A stretch of 64,000 nt of DNA from Candidatus Woesearchaeota archaeon (lineage in GTDB: Archaea; Nanobdellota; Nanobdellia; Woesearchaeales; GW2011-AR9). Of the stretch, positions 45,863-55,793 are shown piece after piece; position 1 is the first letter of the stretch; every line of letters begins with the position of its first letter. The position numbers and the translations under genes were made by a program. The stretch is taken from NCBI GenBank assembly GCA_016181265.1, contig JACOZP010000006.1, forward strand, positions 19,962 to 83,961, given 5' to 3'. The notes under the pieces are model-generated. The model saw nothing but the letters and a program-made list of their open reading frames with translations. It was not told where the DNA came from and searched no databases.

Positions 45863-46966
45863 TCATTCTGTGGAGAATTGGAAAATATATGGTTGAGATG
45901 GCCCGCGATAGGAAACACGATCTGAAGTGGGAATCCATTCTCCAAAATGAAGCGCGGGGAGATATAATTTCCCTTGATGAAATTCAAGATTAGGTTCTAT
46001 GTGCCAATCCCCAGAATAACCATCCTCAGGGATTCCTTCAATCGGGGTTCTCTCTTTCAACTTCATATCAGAAGTATACGTTAAAATTTCGTTTCTGCTA
46101 CGAATGAAAACATTATCTTCACTAACAGCCAGACCAGAAACTAACCCCAGATCAGAACCCAGATTGTGCATCGTCAGCTCTCCATCGAAAGTTACACGGC
46201 CGACAGTGTTCCAATCCCTTTCCCCCCGAGATATCAGCGCAAGATATGCACCCGACGATCCAACAGCAAAATCAGAATAGCCACAAACAATACGACCGGG
46301 AATATCATCAGCTAACACACGTACAAAATTTCCTTCTAAATCGAATTCCTGCATTCTTCTCCCACCACAATCCGCAAGAATGAGTTTATCCTCAAAGGCA
46401 CAAATGAGAGGAATAACCTCAGACAAATTTACATCACCAGGATCAGCACCAGTTTTAAGAGTTTTCTTTAATGGATTCCCCTCTTTATCAAAAACTGCAA
46501 GACTTACATCAGTATTTTCAAAGTAGTGTCGTGGTCCAAAAAGAACAGAGGATTGTTGGTCAAGAATGAACAGACGATCGGCAGTGGCAGCTATGCTTGT
46601 TGGCTCCCAAAGATGATCTAAACTCTGACGAAGCCCACCAACAAATCTTTTCTGAGCGGGGAGAGTTACAAAGTTATACGTTGCTTGAAACGGAAGGGTT
46701 ACATAATGTCCAAGTATCTTCAGAGGGTCTACCCTACCCGTTCCATCTTCAAATGGATTGAGACCTCTGTAGAGGTGACTAGGCCGCTGCAATTGATAAT
46801 CGCGACCGAATTCTTTGACAAGTTTTCCATCTTTGTCCAAAAGATCAAGGTAGAATTCCTCGTGATCTTGAGGGAACGTGACTTTTAGACCAACAATCCG
46901 CTCAGCAGAGACAGAAATCTCATAATAGCGACTGGGAACTTCCAACATTTTTTCTAAGCGAAGCAT
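45863..46966 (-). CDS. NHL-repeat-like beta-propeller protein
   Basis: PTSIAA...LFILD and LILADCGGRRMQEFDLEGNFV are NHL-like repeats. Confidence 0.65.
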   Translation of the reverse strand: MLRLEKMLEVPSRYYEISVSAERIVGLKVTFPQDHEEFYLDLLDKDGKLVKEFGRDYQLQRPSHLYRGLNPFEDGTGRVDPLKILGHYVTLPFQATYNFVTLPAQKRFVGGLRQSLDHLWEPTSIAATADRLFILDQQSSVLFGPRHYFENTDVSLAVFDKEGNPLKKTLKTGADPGDVNLSEVIPLICAFEDKLILADCGGRRMQEFDLEGNFVRVLADDIPGRIVCGYSDFAVGSSGAYLALISRGERDWNTVGRVTFDGELTMHNLGSDLGLVSGLAVSEDNVFIRSRNEILTYTSDMKLKERTPIEGIPEDGYSGDWHIEPNLEFHQGKLYLPALHFGEWIPTSDRVSYRGPSQPYIFQFSTE

Positions 46967-47012
46967 GTTTTACTCTCAATGTGAGATGAAGTTTAAAATT
47001 ATTTCGCTGTTT

Positions 47013-47101
47013 TAGTAAATGACATAACTAAGTTATAATCGCCTTGTCATTTACTATCTAGTGAGCGACCAGTTTCAATAGTTTTCTTTCGTCGCTCACT
47101 A
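47013..47101. repeat. Double-hairpin element, copy C (downstream of the Bro-N gene)
   Basis: TAGTAAATGACA-N20-TGTCATTTACTA, then TC, then TAGTGAGCGAC-N21-GTCGCTCACTA. Confidence 0.8.
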
Positions 47102-47107
47102 TTTTGA

Positions 47108-47962
47108 TTACAATAATTTCTTCTCGTGATGTCCAATCTTCTTTTGCTCTTCTGTCTTCTCTAAGAAATTCTCGTTCGAAACGACACTCTTCCCCAATTT
47201 ATGCTCAATATCTCTTCTCGTCGCTCCTGCAACATCTCCTCCATCTCTGGCATCTTTCTTTAACTCTGGGAATTGTTGCGAATCTCTTTCTTTTGTCAGC
47301 CGAGAAGTAGTGGCTTCGCCTAACATTGTAAGGATCAGTTCCATGTCATCCATATGATCTCTCAGATTTTCTCGTTTCAAACCTTTAAAGTTCTTATATT
47401 CAGTAGGATTCATGTTGAAAGTTGCTTTACTTATTTCTGCGGTGAGGATTGCAAACTCTCTCTCAGTTTGAGCTCCGCGATTCTTCCATTGGTCTGTCAA
47501 TTCATCTCGTATTGCTATCCCTCTCACACGTTTCTCGATCCAACTATCAGAGTAGCCTTTAGCTCTGTATGTCTCTTTCATCCGCTGTTGGGCTAATTCC
47601 GGATTCTCGATTTCTTGAACACGTTCGTACCCCACTTTTGCCAACCAGAGTTTAAACGGTTCTGCTTTCGGGGAAGGAATGGATTGGATGATCCGAAAAA
47701 GAGCCTCAGTATTAGCACAATCGGTCTCATATTTTTTACCATCCGCAGAGGGTAATTTCAGTTGTCGACAAAATGTCGATAACTCAATACCACTTGATCC
47801 TAGTTCTCTTTTCTTCAATCGATACCAATAATCTTTAGCATCTACACTTTCCGTAAGTCCGGCTACAACATCAATTACTGAAAAATACCATTCGTTGTTA
47901 TGCCAAATCTTACGAATATGTTGACCTTCAAAGACGGAGAGTTGAGTAGGAGTCGTTTTCAT
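47108..47962 (-). CDS. Bro-N domain / antirepressor-like protein
   Basis: FEGQHIRKIW..EWYFSVIDVV, RIIQSIPSPKAEPFKLWLAKVG, RDELTDQW, ENLRDHM. Confidence 0.88.
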   Translation of the reverse strand: MKTTPTQLSVFEGQHIRKIWHNNEWYFSVIDVVAGLTESVDAKDYWYRLKKRELGSSGIELSTFCRQLKLPSADGKKYETDCANTEALFRIIQSIPSPKAEPFKLWLAKVGYERVQEIENPELAQQRMKETYRAKGYSDSWIEKRVRGIAIRDELTDQWKNRGAQTEREFAILTAEISKATFNMNPTEYKNFKGLKRENLRDHMDDMELILTMLGEATTSRLTKERDSQQFPELKKDARDGGDVAGATRRDIEHKLGKSVVSNENFLEKTEEQKKIGHHEKKLL

Positions 47963-47985
47963 GAGGATATTAAGAAAGAAGGAGG

Positions 47986-48023
47986 TATATAAGTTTCACC
48001 CGCACTTGTCCAGTGACCAGTGG
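47986..48023 (-). promoter_or_regulatory. Second copy of the 29-bp motif plus TATA box of the Bro-N gene
   Basis: Minus strand CCACTGGTCACTGGACAAGTGCGGGTGAA then ACTTATATA, ending about 24 nt before ATG 47962. Confidence 0.65.
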
Positions 48024-48100
48024 AAATTCATAGTCTCCTGTTTCTAAAGATTTATATATTATTGTTTTTCAGGAAAATAGAAAGAAACGGGGTTGTGTAT

Positions 48101-49516
48101 ATGGAAAGTAATAATACTGATTTTAAAGTGAAAGATATCTCCCTTGCGGAATGGGGAAGAAAAGAAATTCTGATTGCTGAAAAAGAAATGCCGGGCCTGA
48201 TGGCGCTGCGAGAAAAATATGCCGTACAGAAGCCACTCAAAGATGTAAAAATTACCGGTTCCTTGCATATGACCATCCAGACTGCAGTATTAATTGAAAC
48301 ATTAGCAGCCCTAGGAGCGCAAGTCCGCTGGGCTTCTTGTAATATCTTCTCAACACAAGATCATGCTGCTGCTGCAATTGCCAAAGCTGGAATTCCAGTT
48401 TTCGCTTGGAAAGAAGAGTCACTTAAAGAATATTGGTGGTGTACACTTAAAGCATTAACGTTCCCCGATGGAAGCGGGCCAAATCTTATTGTTGATGACG
48501 GCGGAGATGCTACGCTCATGATCCACAAAGGAGCAGAAATCGAAAAGAACCCGAGCCTCTTAGAAAAAGATTATAGTTCAGAAGGAGAAGATTTTCAAGA
48601 ACTGATCAAATCTCTTCAGGAAACGTTTGCAAGCGAAAAAGATAAATGGACAACAGTGGCAAGAGAAGTTAAAGGTGTATCTGAAGAAACAACAACTGGC
48701 GTTCATCGGCTATATCAAATGATGAAAGAGAAAAAACTACTCTTCCCTGCAATTAATGTGAACGATTCTGTCACCAAATCAAAATTTGATAATCTGTATG
48801 GGTGCCGTGAGTCTCTCGTTGATGGGATTAAACGCGCTACGGATGTTATGCTCGCGGGAAAAGTCGCAGTTGTTGCAGGCTACGGAGATGTAGGAAAAGG
48901 CTGTGCACAATCCCTACGGGGATATGGTTGTCGTGTTTTGATCACAGAAATCGATCCGATCAATGCTCTGCAGGCCACGATGGAAGGTTACGAAGTCAAA
49001 AGAATGGATGACGCCGCAAAAGAAGGAGATATTTTTGTGACGACGACTGGGAATACGAGCATATTAATGGACAGACACTTCTACTCTATGAAAGACCAAG
49101 CAATTGTCTGTAACATCGGCCATTTTGACAATGAAATTGATATGAATTGGTTGACCAAAAAATCCGGCGCAAAAAGAGAGCAGATTAAACCACAATATGA
49201 TAAATATATTTTTCCAAACGGAAAAGAGATTTATGTCCTCGCCGAAGGAAGGCTAGTTAACTTGGGTTGTGCCACTGGTCACCCTTCGTTTGTGATGAGT
49301 TCCTCATTTACAAATCAAGTGTTAGCACAGCTTGAACTTTGGAAAAATCATTATCCTGTCGGAGTATATATTCTTCCTAAGAAATTAGATGAAGAGGTTG
49401 CTCGGCTTCATTTACATAAGCTGGGTGTGCAGATTGACGAGTTGACAGACAAGCAAGCGGCATATCTTAATGTTGCAAAAGAAGGGCCGTATAAAGCAGA
49501 TCATTATCGGTATTAA
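48101..49516 (+). CDS. ahcY: Adenosylhomocysteinase (long bacterial/eukaryote-like form)
   Basis: [52 protein letters not shown]-terminal HYRY. Confidence 0.98.
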   Translation: MESNNTDFKVKDISLAEWGRKEILIAEKEMPGLMALREKYAVQKPLKDVKITGSLHMTIQTAVLIETLAALGAQVRWASCNIFSTQDHAAAAIAKAGIPVFAWKEESLKEYWWCTLKALTFPDGSGPNLIVDDGGDATLMIHKGAEIEKNPSLLEKDYSSEGEDFQELIKSLQETFASEKDKWTTVAREVKGVSEETTTGVHRLYQMMKEKKLLFPAINVNDSVTKSKFDNLYGCRESLVDGIKRATDVMLAGKVAVVAGYGDVGKGCAQSLRGYGCRVLITEIDPINALQATMEGYEVKRMDDAAKEGDIFVTTTGNTSILMDRHFYSMKDQAIVCNIGHFDNEIDMNWLTKKSGAKREQIKPQYDKYIFPNGKEIYVLAEGRLVNLGCATGHPSFVMSSSFTNQVLAQLELWKNHYPVGVYILPKKLDEEVARLHLHKLGVQIDELTDKQAAYLNVAKEGPYKADHYRY

Positions 49517-49518
49517 AG

Positions 49519-50529
49519 ATGGAAGAAGTAATCTCTGCTTTACGTACACCAAAAGCATATCCTCATCGAACCACGGAGGTAAAGAAGATAACGACAGCAA
49601 TCTCTCATGTTTTTCTTACCGGAGATTACGCCTATAAGCTCTGCAAGCCAGTAAATTTTGGCTTTTTAGATTTCTCTAATCTCGAAAAAAGAAAAAAATC
49701 ATGCGAAGATGAAATTGCGTTCAACTCCCTCATCTCCCCCGAACTCTACCTCGGCCTCTCCACCATCAATCAAGACGAATCAGGAAAGATTACCATCGAT
49801 GGCAAAGGAAATATCATCGAATATGCGGTGAAGATGAAGCAGATGGATCCGGAGAGCACAATGAACAATCTTCTGAGAGACCAGAAAGTCACCACAGAAA
49901 ATATTGTCCAATTGGCAAAACAAATCCATCAATTCCACCAGAAAGCGCCGGAAGATGAGGAAATTCGTTCTTACGGCAAATTTGAAACCGTAAAATTCAA
50001 TTGGGATGAAAATTTTCAGCAGACAGAAAAATACAAAGACGTGTTAATTCCGACAGAAACGTTCACCAATATCCAACAAAAGATACACTCATTCCTCGGA
50101 AAAAAACAAGAACTGATCAACCTGCGCGTCCAGAAAAAGAAAATCAAACATTGTCATGGAGACTTTTATTCCAGCAACGTCTTTATCAATGATGATAAGA
50201 TTCACATCTTTGACGGCATTGTTTTCAACAAACGTTTTCCTTGTTCAGATATCATCGCCGAAATTGCGTTCATGGCGATGGATTTAGACTATCACAAACA
50301 AGAATCCCTTGCCAAAACTTTCATCGAAGAATATCAAAAATTAAGCGGCGATAATGATATCCCAAAATTAATAGACTTCTATAAATGCTACCGAGCGTAT
50401 ATTCGCGGAAAGATTGCTTGCTTCACGTATGACGATCCAAATCTTAGTACAGAAGAAAAAGAGAAGACGAAACAAACTGCTCAAGAGTACTTCCAACTTG
50501 CAGAAAGATACGCTCAGCACTTCCTCTGA
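49519..50529 (+). CDS. Aminoglycoside-phosphotransferase-like kinase (COG2187 domain, no C-terminal AAA domain)
   Basis: ISHVFLTGDYAYKLCKPVNFGFLDFS, CHGD, IFDG..FN, AFMAMDLD, FYKCYRA. Confidence 0.85.
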   Translation: MEEVISALRTPKAYPHRTTEVKKITTAISHVFLTGDYAYKLCKPVNFGFLDFSNLEKRKKSCEDEIAFNSLISPELYLGLSTINQDESGKITIDGKGNIIEYAVKMKQMDPESTMNNLLRDQKVTTENIVQLAKQIHQFHQKAPEDEEIRSYGKFETVKFNWDENFQQTEKYKDVLIPTETFTNIQQKIHSFLGKKQELINLRVQKKKIKHCHGDFYSSNVFINDDKIHIFDGIVFNKRFPCSDIIAEIAFMAMDLDYHKQESLAKTFIEEYQKLSGDNDIPKLIDFYKCYRAYIRGKIACFTYDDPNLSTEEKEKTKQTAQEYFQLAERYAQHFL

Positions 50530-51545
50530 TGAGCATGCAATTCTAACGCAACTTCTTGGCATGCGGTTTGGTAATCCTTAAAATCTGTGATTGCTTTCTT
50601 ACGGGTAAAACCGCCGCTGTTGTTTCGGCCGCCGCCGCCTAACGCTCGACAAGCACCAACAATGTCAAAAGGTGATGCCTCATTTCCTAAAATAATATGA
50701 TTTCGATACGGCGCCCCAAAGAAGCAGACGATGGTATCGTAGTGGGAACCGTATCTCTCCCGCAAATACCGCGGAGCTGGTTTCTGAGAAAGAATCGGCG
50801 AAGCGCATGCAAATAAAACGCGAGCATTGTCTACCCGTGCGGGAAGAAGTGTTTTTTCCAATTCTGAGAGAGCTTCTGCTTTGTGCTGTTCATACTGACC
50901 ATAGATCTCGCCCCAAGGTTCATCGACAAGACCAAGATCTGTTGTGAGAACAGTCCTCTCTTTAAGACCAAAAGCCAACCCGAGAAGAAGATCATAATTC
51001 TCAGAAGCATTACCCAAAGCGATGATCCCCTCCAATTTATTACCTGCTAAAACAGCATCGTTAACATCTCCTGTACGGGCATAATCATGAGCTTGTGCGA
51101 TCTGTGCTAATTGCCGGAAGTAAGGATCTCCCAGAAGCTTATTGTGTCTTGCAATCTGCAGAGCGGCACATTGATTAGGACTATAGCTAACAAAGATCCC
51201 TTTATCATGCAGCCTCTTGGCATACGTCCTTGTCCCTTCGTGATGATCTATCCAATGCATAAAAGTCGTGGCCTCCCTCAACGGATCAAGAAGGCCTTTT
51301 TTCCCACGCCGTCGAAAATTAGCGGGGTTAAAATTAATATCAGCAACAAAAAGATTACAAGGATGACCTGCTTGAGCAATCTCAACGAAGGAAGGCAATT
51401 CGTCACTCAGCGTGTCGTATCGTAGAAAAGAGTGTCCAGCTGGCTCTTCTTTATATCCTTGTTCACAAAGCTGCCAAAGAAGAGCGTGAGAAATAACACC
51501 ATCCGGATCTTCTCCATGTGTAACGATGAACGGGCTGCAGACCAT
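50514..51545 (-). CDS. DHH-family phosphoesterase
   Basis: THGEDPDG, VADI, WIDHH, CAA, GGGGR..GGF. Confidence 0.85.
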   Translation of the reverse strand: MVCSPFIVTHGEDPDGVISHALLWQLCEQGYKEEPAGHSFLRYDTLSDELPSFVEIAQAGHPCNLFVADINFNPANFRRRGKKGLLDPLREATTFMHWIDHHEGTRTYAKRLHDKGIFVSYSPNQCAALQIARHNKLLGDPYFRQLAQIAQAHDYARTGDVNDAVLAGNKLEGIIALGNASENYDLLLGLAFGLKERTVLTTDLGLVDEPWGEIYGQYEQHKAEALSELEKTLLPARVDNARVLFACASPILSQKPAPRYLRERYGSHYDTIVCFFGAPYRNHIILGNEASPFDIVGACRALGGGGRNNSGGFTRKKAITDFKDYQTACQEVALELHAHQRKC

Positions 51546-51597
51546 AAACCCGTTAAAATCGCCGTGGTTTTAAAAGATTATCTTAAAAAAAGTATAA

Positions 51598-52152
51598 TTA
51601 GATACGTTTTAGTTTCTTGATTGTTTGATAAAAGATAAGAGAACCAATTAGAGAAAAGATAATGGAATCATTGATCAACGTCGAGACAGGAAATTCAGTG
51701 TAAAAGAAAAATTTCATCAAAGAGAAAAGAATTAATAGCATAATTAGTTCTATGAAAAAAATAATGATAATGGCTTTCTTTGTCCCGAAGCGGAGAGCTA
51801 TCTTTACCCAACCTTTTCTAGTAAAGAGATCAAAGAACATTAATTTCTCATCTTTTGCGGCCAAAGCAATACCTTCTGTCTCCTCCGTTTGCGCTCGCAT
51901 CGACTTCCCAAAACGAAAGAGAGAGATAAGTACAACTAAAAGAAAAAGAAGAGCAAAAGGAACAAAGTAACCCAACAATCCACAGGCGAGAGAGATAACT
52001 AAAATGACGTTGATGATCACTGCCCAAAGATAATAAGTTTTTAGCAACTTGGTGTTCACCGAAGTAAACTTAACCATATTTCTAACAAGAACTCCACCAA
52101 AAAAGACTAAAGCAAAGACAAACAGCCAGAATCCATCTGCAAATACCATCAT
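51598..52152 (-). CDS. Hypothetical membrane protein
   Basis: About five hydrophobic helices in 184 aa. Confidence 0.7.
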   Translation of the reverse strand: MMVFADGFWLFVFALVFFGGVLVRNMVKFTSVNTKLLKTYYLWAVIINVILVISLACGLLGYFVPFALLFLLVVLISLFRFGKSMRAQTEETEGIALAAKDEKLMFFDLFTRKGWVKIALRFGTKKAIIIIFFIELIMLLILFSLMKFFFYTEFPVSTLINDSIIFSLIGSLIFYQTIKKLKRI

Positions 52153-52167
52153 CTCTTAAAACTAAGA

Positions 52168-53232
52168 TTATTTAAAAACATTTCTCATCGCTTCTTCAAT
52201 CTCTTCTTCAACAGGCGTGCGTAGAGGTCTCTTCTCACCACCCATCTTAATTATTGAGGAGGTGGCAGAAGGTTTTGCAGAAGGTGTTTCTTTCTTTGCT
52301 TCATGAGTTTCATGATATTTTACCGACCACATTTTATCTTTGACCATTTTCTGAAGATCATCCAAATTATAATCCGGCTGTTTTGGCTGCCACAGCATCC
52401 CTTGTAGAACATCACCTTGAAAGCGAGGTAAGACATGGACACACAATCTTCCTTCCGGATTATCATCACTAAAACCAGACTTCAGAAGAATATTCGTCCC
52501 CTGCGCCCCCATGCCATCAAATAATGCCGAAGCAGCAAATGATGCGACAAAGAACAGATGTGTACTATCCTCTTGCGACAACTTACCGATGTCTCGTTCT
52601 TCCATTTTATTATACACTTCGATATGTCCAGGAACAACACTTTTTTGCGGAAGAATACATAAGACCTTCTCATCTTGATATAAGATGGGGGCATCTCGCT
52701 CGAAAGATTGAAGAAACGCAGGAGTCTTCTCATCACCAGTATGCCACACCCGAGGATTTTTTATGAAATAATTTTGCATTAAACCCAATAATTGTCCCTG
52801 TACTTTTCCTACCTGTTCTGAAGAAAGACTCTTTCCGGATTTAAACAAGAAGTGATAAAATCCATCTCCTCTCTCACGAGGAAAAAGATGCCCCAGGAAA
52901 TGAGGAAACTGCTGTCCCGCAGCACCACCATTAGAGATAAACAGATTGATTCCCGTTGCCACCATCGCCGATTGGATCGCTCTACTGAGCGCTGGAACAA
53001 GACCAAAGAAATGCGCAAACTCTTCCGCCGGGATTAACGGCACGATGGGATAATGTTCTTTTAATGTAAAAACAGTATGCCCCTTCTTGGCAGGATAGAT
53101 ATCTAAGATCCCAAGCGTCACTGCATCTTCAAAGACAACCTTGCCAGGGATTTCTTTTGCGACAATTCTGCAGTAGACACACTGTTTCTTCTGTTCAGCT
53201 AATTGTGCTTTGATTTCGGGTGCGAGGGACAT
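52168..53232 (-). CDS. Tandem HIT-domain protein with degenerate triads
   Basis: CVYCRI, LDIYPA..GH, AAGQQFPHFLGHLFPR; second repeat ILYQD...VPGH...RLCVHVLPR. Confidence 0.85.
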   Translation of the reverse strand: MSLAPEIKAQLAEQKKQCVYCRIVAKEIPGKVVFEDAVTLGILDIYPAKKGHTVFTLKEHYPIVPLIPAEEFAHFFGLVPALSRAIQSAMVATGINLFISNGGAAGQQFPHFLGHLFPRERGDGFYHFLFKSGKSLSSEQVGKVQGQLLGLMQNYFIKNPRVWHTGDEKTPAFLQSFERDAPILYQDEKVLCILPQKSVVPGHIEVYNKMEERDIGKLSQEDSTHLFFVASFAASALFDGMGAQGTNILLKSGFSDDNPEGRLCVHVLPRFQGDVLQGMLWQPKQPDYNLDDLQKMVKDKMWSVKYHETHEAKKETPSAKPSATSSIIKMGGEKRPLRTPVEEEIEEAMRNVFK

Positions 53233-53307
53233 GGATGAGAAATTATAATTCTTCTATAAGAATGTTTCCGTAGTGAAGATGATAGACAATAATTGTCCAA
53301 AAAGAGA

Positions 53308-53832
53308 TCATCTAAACAGTTCTTCTTTCCCCTCCACTCGATCACCACAGAGTTCAGGAATGATAGTACAATCAACAGATAAACCGACAGCAGATAAGCT
53401 ACGATAGGCTAGATGAGAATACTCATCAACGCACACAGATGAAACTTCACCAAAAGCTTCAATAGTAACTTTAGAACTACGTAGTACTTCGGGAAAGATT
53501 TGAGGAACAGGACACTCAAGGTCAGTTCTCGTTTTAAAGCGTGATCCTAATATTGCACAACCCCTAGCCGCAAGGGACTCACTTAAAGCACATCCTAAAT
53601 TAAATTTAATCAAGAGAACACGATAATGTTCATGGTCGGCATACATCGAAAAACGATTGAGATAGAGCTGAGTGAGGGCATCAGCATATCCGCTTGCAGA
53701 AATCTTCCTTTCGGAGAGAAAGGGGATCAAAGCGCGATACCAGGTTTGGAATACTCCACGACGTTCACGGTCAGCATACGGAAAACCATAATACGGGTGA
53801 ATCAGTAAATCAAGAGTTATTTCTTCATTCAT
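53308..53832 (-). CDS. Hypothetical protein
   Basis: 174-aa ORF co-oriented with its neighbours; LLIHPYYG...AFGE...CV has weak similarity to the isochorismatase-like layout. Confidence 0.55.
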   Translation of the reverse strand: MNEEITLDLLIHPYYGFPYADRERRGVFQTWYRALIPFLSERKISASGYADALTQLYLNRFSMYADHEHYRVLLIKFNLGCALSESLAARGCAILGSRFKTRTDLECPVPQIFPEVLRSSKVTIEAFGEVSSVCVDEYSHLAYRSLSAVGLSVDCTIIPELCGDRVEGKEELFR

Positions 53833-53871
53833 TTGTTGGAGAACACAACCAAACTAAAAACCAAGAGAACT

Positions 53872-54807
53872 TTATTTCTTCTTCGTCTTCTCGACGTTCT
53901 TGCCTAACTTCAGCTTCTTGATCAATTCCTTGTAGCGATTACGAATAGTCACTTCGGTGACGCCAGCGACATCTGCTACCTCGCGCTGCGTTCTTTTCTC
54001 GCCATGAATTAATGAAGAAACATACAATGCTGCCGCAGCAATACCCGTTGGACCTCTTCCAGATGTCAGTTCAATATCACGTGCCATCTCCAAAATCTCT
54101 ACTGCCTTCGACTGCGATTCTGGACTCAATTTCAATGCGGATGCAAAGCGCGGGATATAATCAGCAGGATTGCTAGGCTTAATGCTAATTCCAAGCTCAC
54201 GCGTCACAAAACGGTATGTCCGCCCGATCTCTTTCTTTTCGATACCAGAGGCTTCACCCATTTCATCTAATGTTCGCGGAATCTCATGTCTTCGACAAGC
54301 CGCATACAATGCCCCGGCGATAACTGATTCCATTGATCTGCCACGAACTAATCCTTTCTGCACTGCTTGACGATAGATCGTTGCTGCCTCTTCTTCGACT
54401 GAGCGTGGCAGACGCAAGAAAGAACTAACCCGCTTCAATTCCGCCAGAGCAACTTTTAAGTTTCGTTCGATCGCTGTACTTATCCGGATGTTCCACTTTC
54501 GCAGACGGAAGAACCGATCACGTTCTTTATCCGAACTTAATTTGTAGAAATCTGAAGTTGTTCCCACTTCCGTTCCTAGACCTTGGTCAAACTGGGTCTG
54601 AGACGTAGGTGCTCCGGTACGACGCTTGCTTGCTCCACCATCTTCTTCAAAATCGCGCCATTCCTGTGAGAAATCAACCATCCGATCTTCGATAACAAAG
54701 CCACAATCGCGGCAAATCGTCTCCCCTTTCTCTACGTCGCGGAAAATATTCTTACTTGCACATTCCGGACATTCTTTCAATGTTTTTCTGATCATTGTCT
54801 GCACCAA
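53872..54807 (-). CDS. tfb: Transcription initiation factor IIB (TFB)
   Basis: Zn ribbon CPEC...CRDCG, EWR, RTGAP, two cyclin repeats, GRGPTG, TEVTIRNRYKEL. Confidence 0.98.
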   Translation of the reverse strand: MVQTMIRKTLKECPECASKNIFRDVEKGETICRDCGFVIEDRMVDFSQEWRDFEEDGGASKRRTGAPTSQTQFDQGLGTEVGTTSDFYKLSSDKERDRFFRLRKWNIRISTAIERNLKVALAELKRVSSFLRLPRSVEEEAATIYRQAVQKGLVRGRSMESVIAGALYAACRRHEIPRTLDEMGEASGIEKKEIGRTYRFVTRELGISIKPSNPADYIPRFASALKLSPESQSKAVEILEMARDIELTSGRGPTGIAAAALYVSSLIHGEKRTQREVADVAGVTEVTIRNRYKELIKKLKLGKNVEKTKKK

Positions 54808-54978
54808 GAATCCATCACCTAAGAGTTAAGTTTAAATATCCATTTCTTTAATGGTTTATAAATATTTCGGAAATTTGGTGAACAATGAAAGCAAGTCTTA
54901 GATCTTAGCGCCGATTTATCTCTCCAAATCCAGATTGTAGAAACATTTATATAGGCAAAAAGTTTCATTTTACCCAAG

Positions 54979-55140
54979 ATGTTTGCAAGAAGAGGGCAGT
55001 TAGGATTCATAGAATTCAAATACTTGATGGCAGGTCTTTTCTTCGGCATTATCATCGGTCTTGTTCTTATCTACTTAGGAACAAAAGGGATTATCCCTTT
55101 CAGTATTCCTTATGCTTGTCCCGCGGTGAAACCAATATGA
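54979..55140 (+). CDS. Mini pilin-like peptide, 53 aa
   Basis: Not in the track: MFARRG|QLGFIEFKYLMAGLFFGIIIGLVLIYLGTKGIIPFSIPYACPAVKPI; TTTATATA box about 25 nt upstream. Confidence 0.8.
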   Translation: MFARRGQLGFIEFKYLMAGLFFGIIIGLVLIYLGTKGIIPFSIPYACPAVKPI

Positions 55141-55277
55141 AGAAAGGGCAGCTTGGGATTATTGAATTTAAGTATTTTATGACTGGTCTTTTCATTGGTC
55201 TGATTGCCATCATCATCGTTGTTGGGTTAGGTTCTGCTGGTACAATTCCTTTTAAGATTCCTTTAGTTTGTGGATAA
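55137..55277 (+). CDS. Mini pilin-like peptide, 46 aa (paralog of the upstream gene)
   Basis: Not in the track: MKKG|QLGIIEFKYFMTGLFIGLIAIIIVVGLGSAGTIPFKIPLVCG; ATGA-coupled. Confidence 0.8.
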   Translation: MKKGQLGIIEFKYFMTGLFIGLIAIIIVVGLGSAGTIPFKIPLVCG

Positions 55278-55323
55278 GAAAAAATAAGTTAATTATAAGA
55301 ATACGACCATTTTTGATGAGATT

Positions 55324-55716
55324 ATGGTTATTTACGCTTCTGGGGGAATGATCATCAGAGACGATGAAGTTCTTCTGATCAAAAGAAGATCTTCCTCATT
55401 CGATAACTATTGGTCAAACCCCGGCGGTAAAGTTAGGGAAAGAGAAAGTCTAGAAGATACAGTACGGAGAGAATTACGAGAAGAACTTGCAATTGAAGTC
55501 GAAATCTGTAGGAAATTAAGTGATTATTTCGATTTCCAACGAGGGGGATTAGTGGGGATTTATTCGGGTTATGAAGTTAAAATCATCGCTGGCATCCCGA
55601 GAATAAATGAACCGAATAAAATCCGAGACGTGCGCTATTTTCCCATAAACCATCTCCCACAAAAAATAGCACCGTATACATTACAATATCTTGATGATCT
55701 TAGACGAATCGGATAA
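55324..55716 (+). CDS. NUDIX hydrolase
   Basis: WSNPGGKVRERESLEDTVRRELREELAI Nudix box. Confidence 0.92.
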   Translation: MVIYASGGMIIRDDEVLLIKRRSSSFDNYWSNPGGKVRERESLEDTVRRELREELAIEVEICRKLSDYFDFQRGGLVGIYSGYEVKIIAGIPRINEPNKIRDVRYFPINHLPQKIAPYTLQYLDDLRRIG

Positions 55717-55793
55717 CCTATCTATATCCACCAGCAACGAAAACATTATATAACCAAAAGCTAGACAGACCAGCATAAAATTGAGGTGGAATT

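Noticed and set aside
27625..47962. Prophage suggested by the lambda-like lysozyme domain and the Bro-N gene
   Set aside because: No integrase, terminase, capsid, tail or holin genes were recognised; the lysozyme is a domain of a Sec-exported protein and the intervening genes are housekeeping.
54819..55055. 78-aa minus-strand track ORF upstream of tfb
   Set aside because: It spans the divergent promoter region and is antisense to the better-supported mini-pilin gene at 54979.
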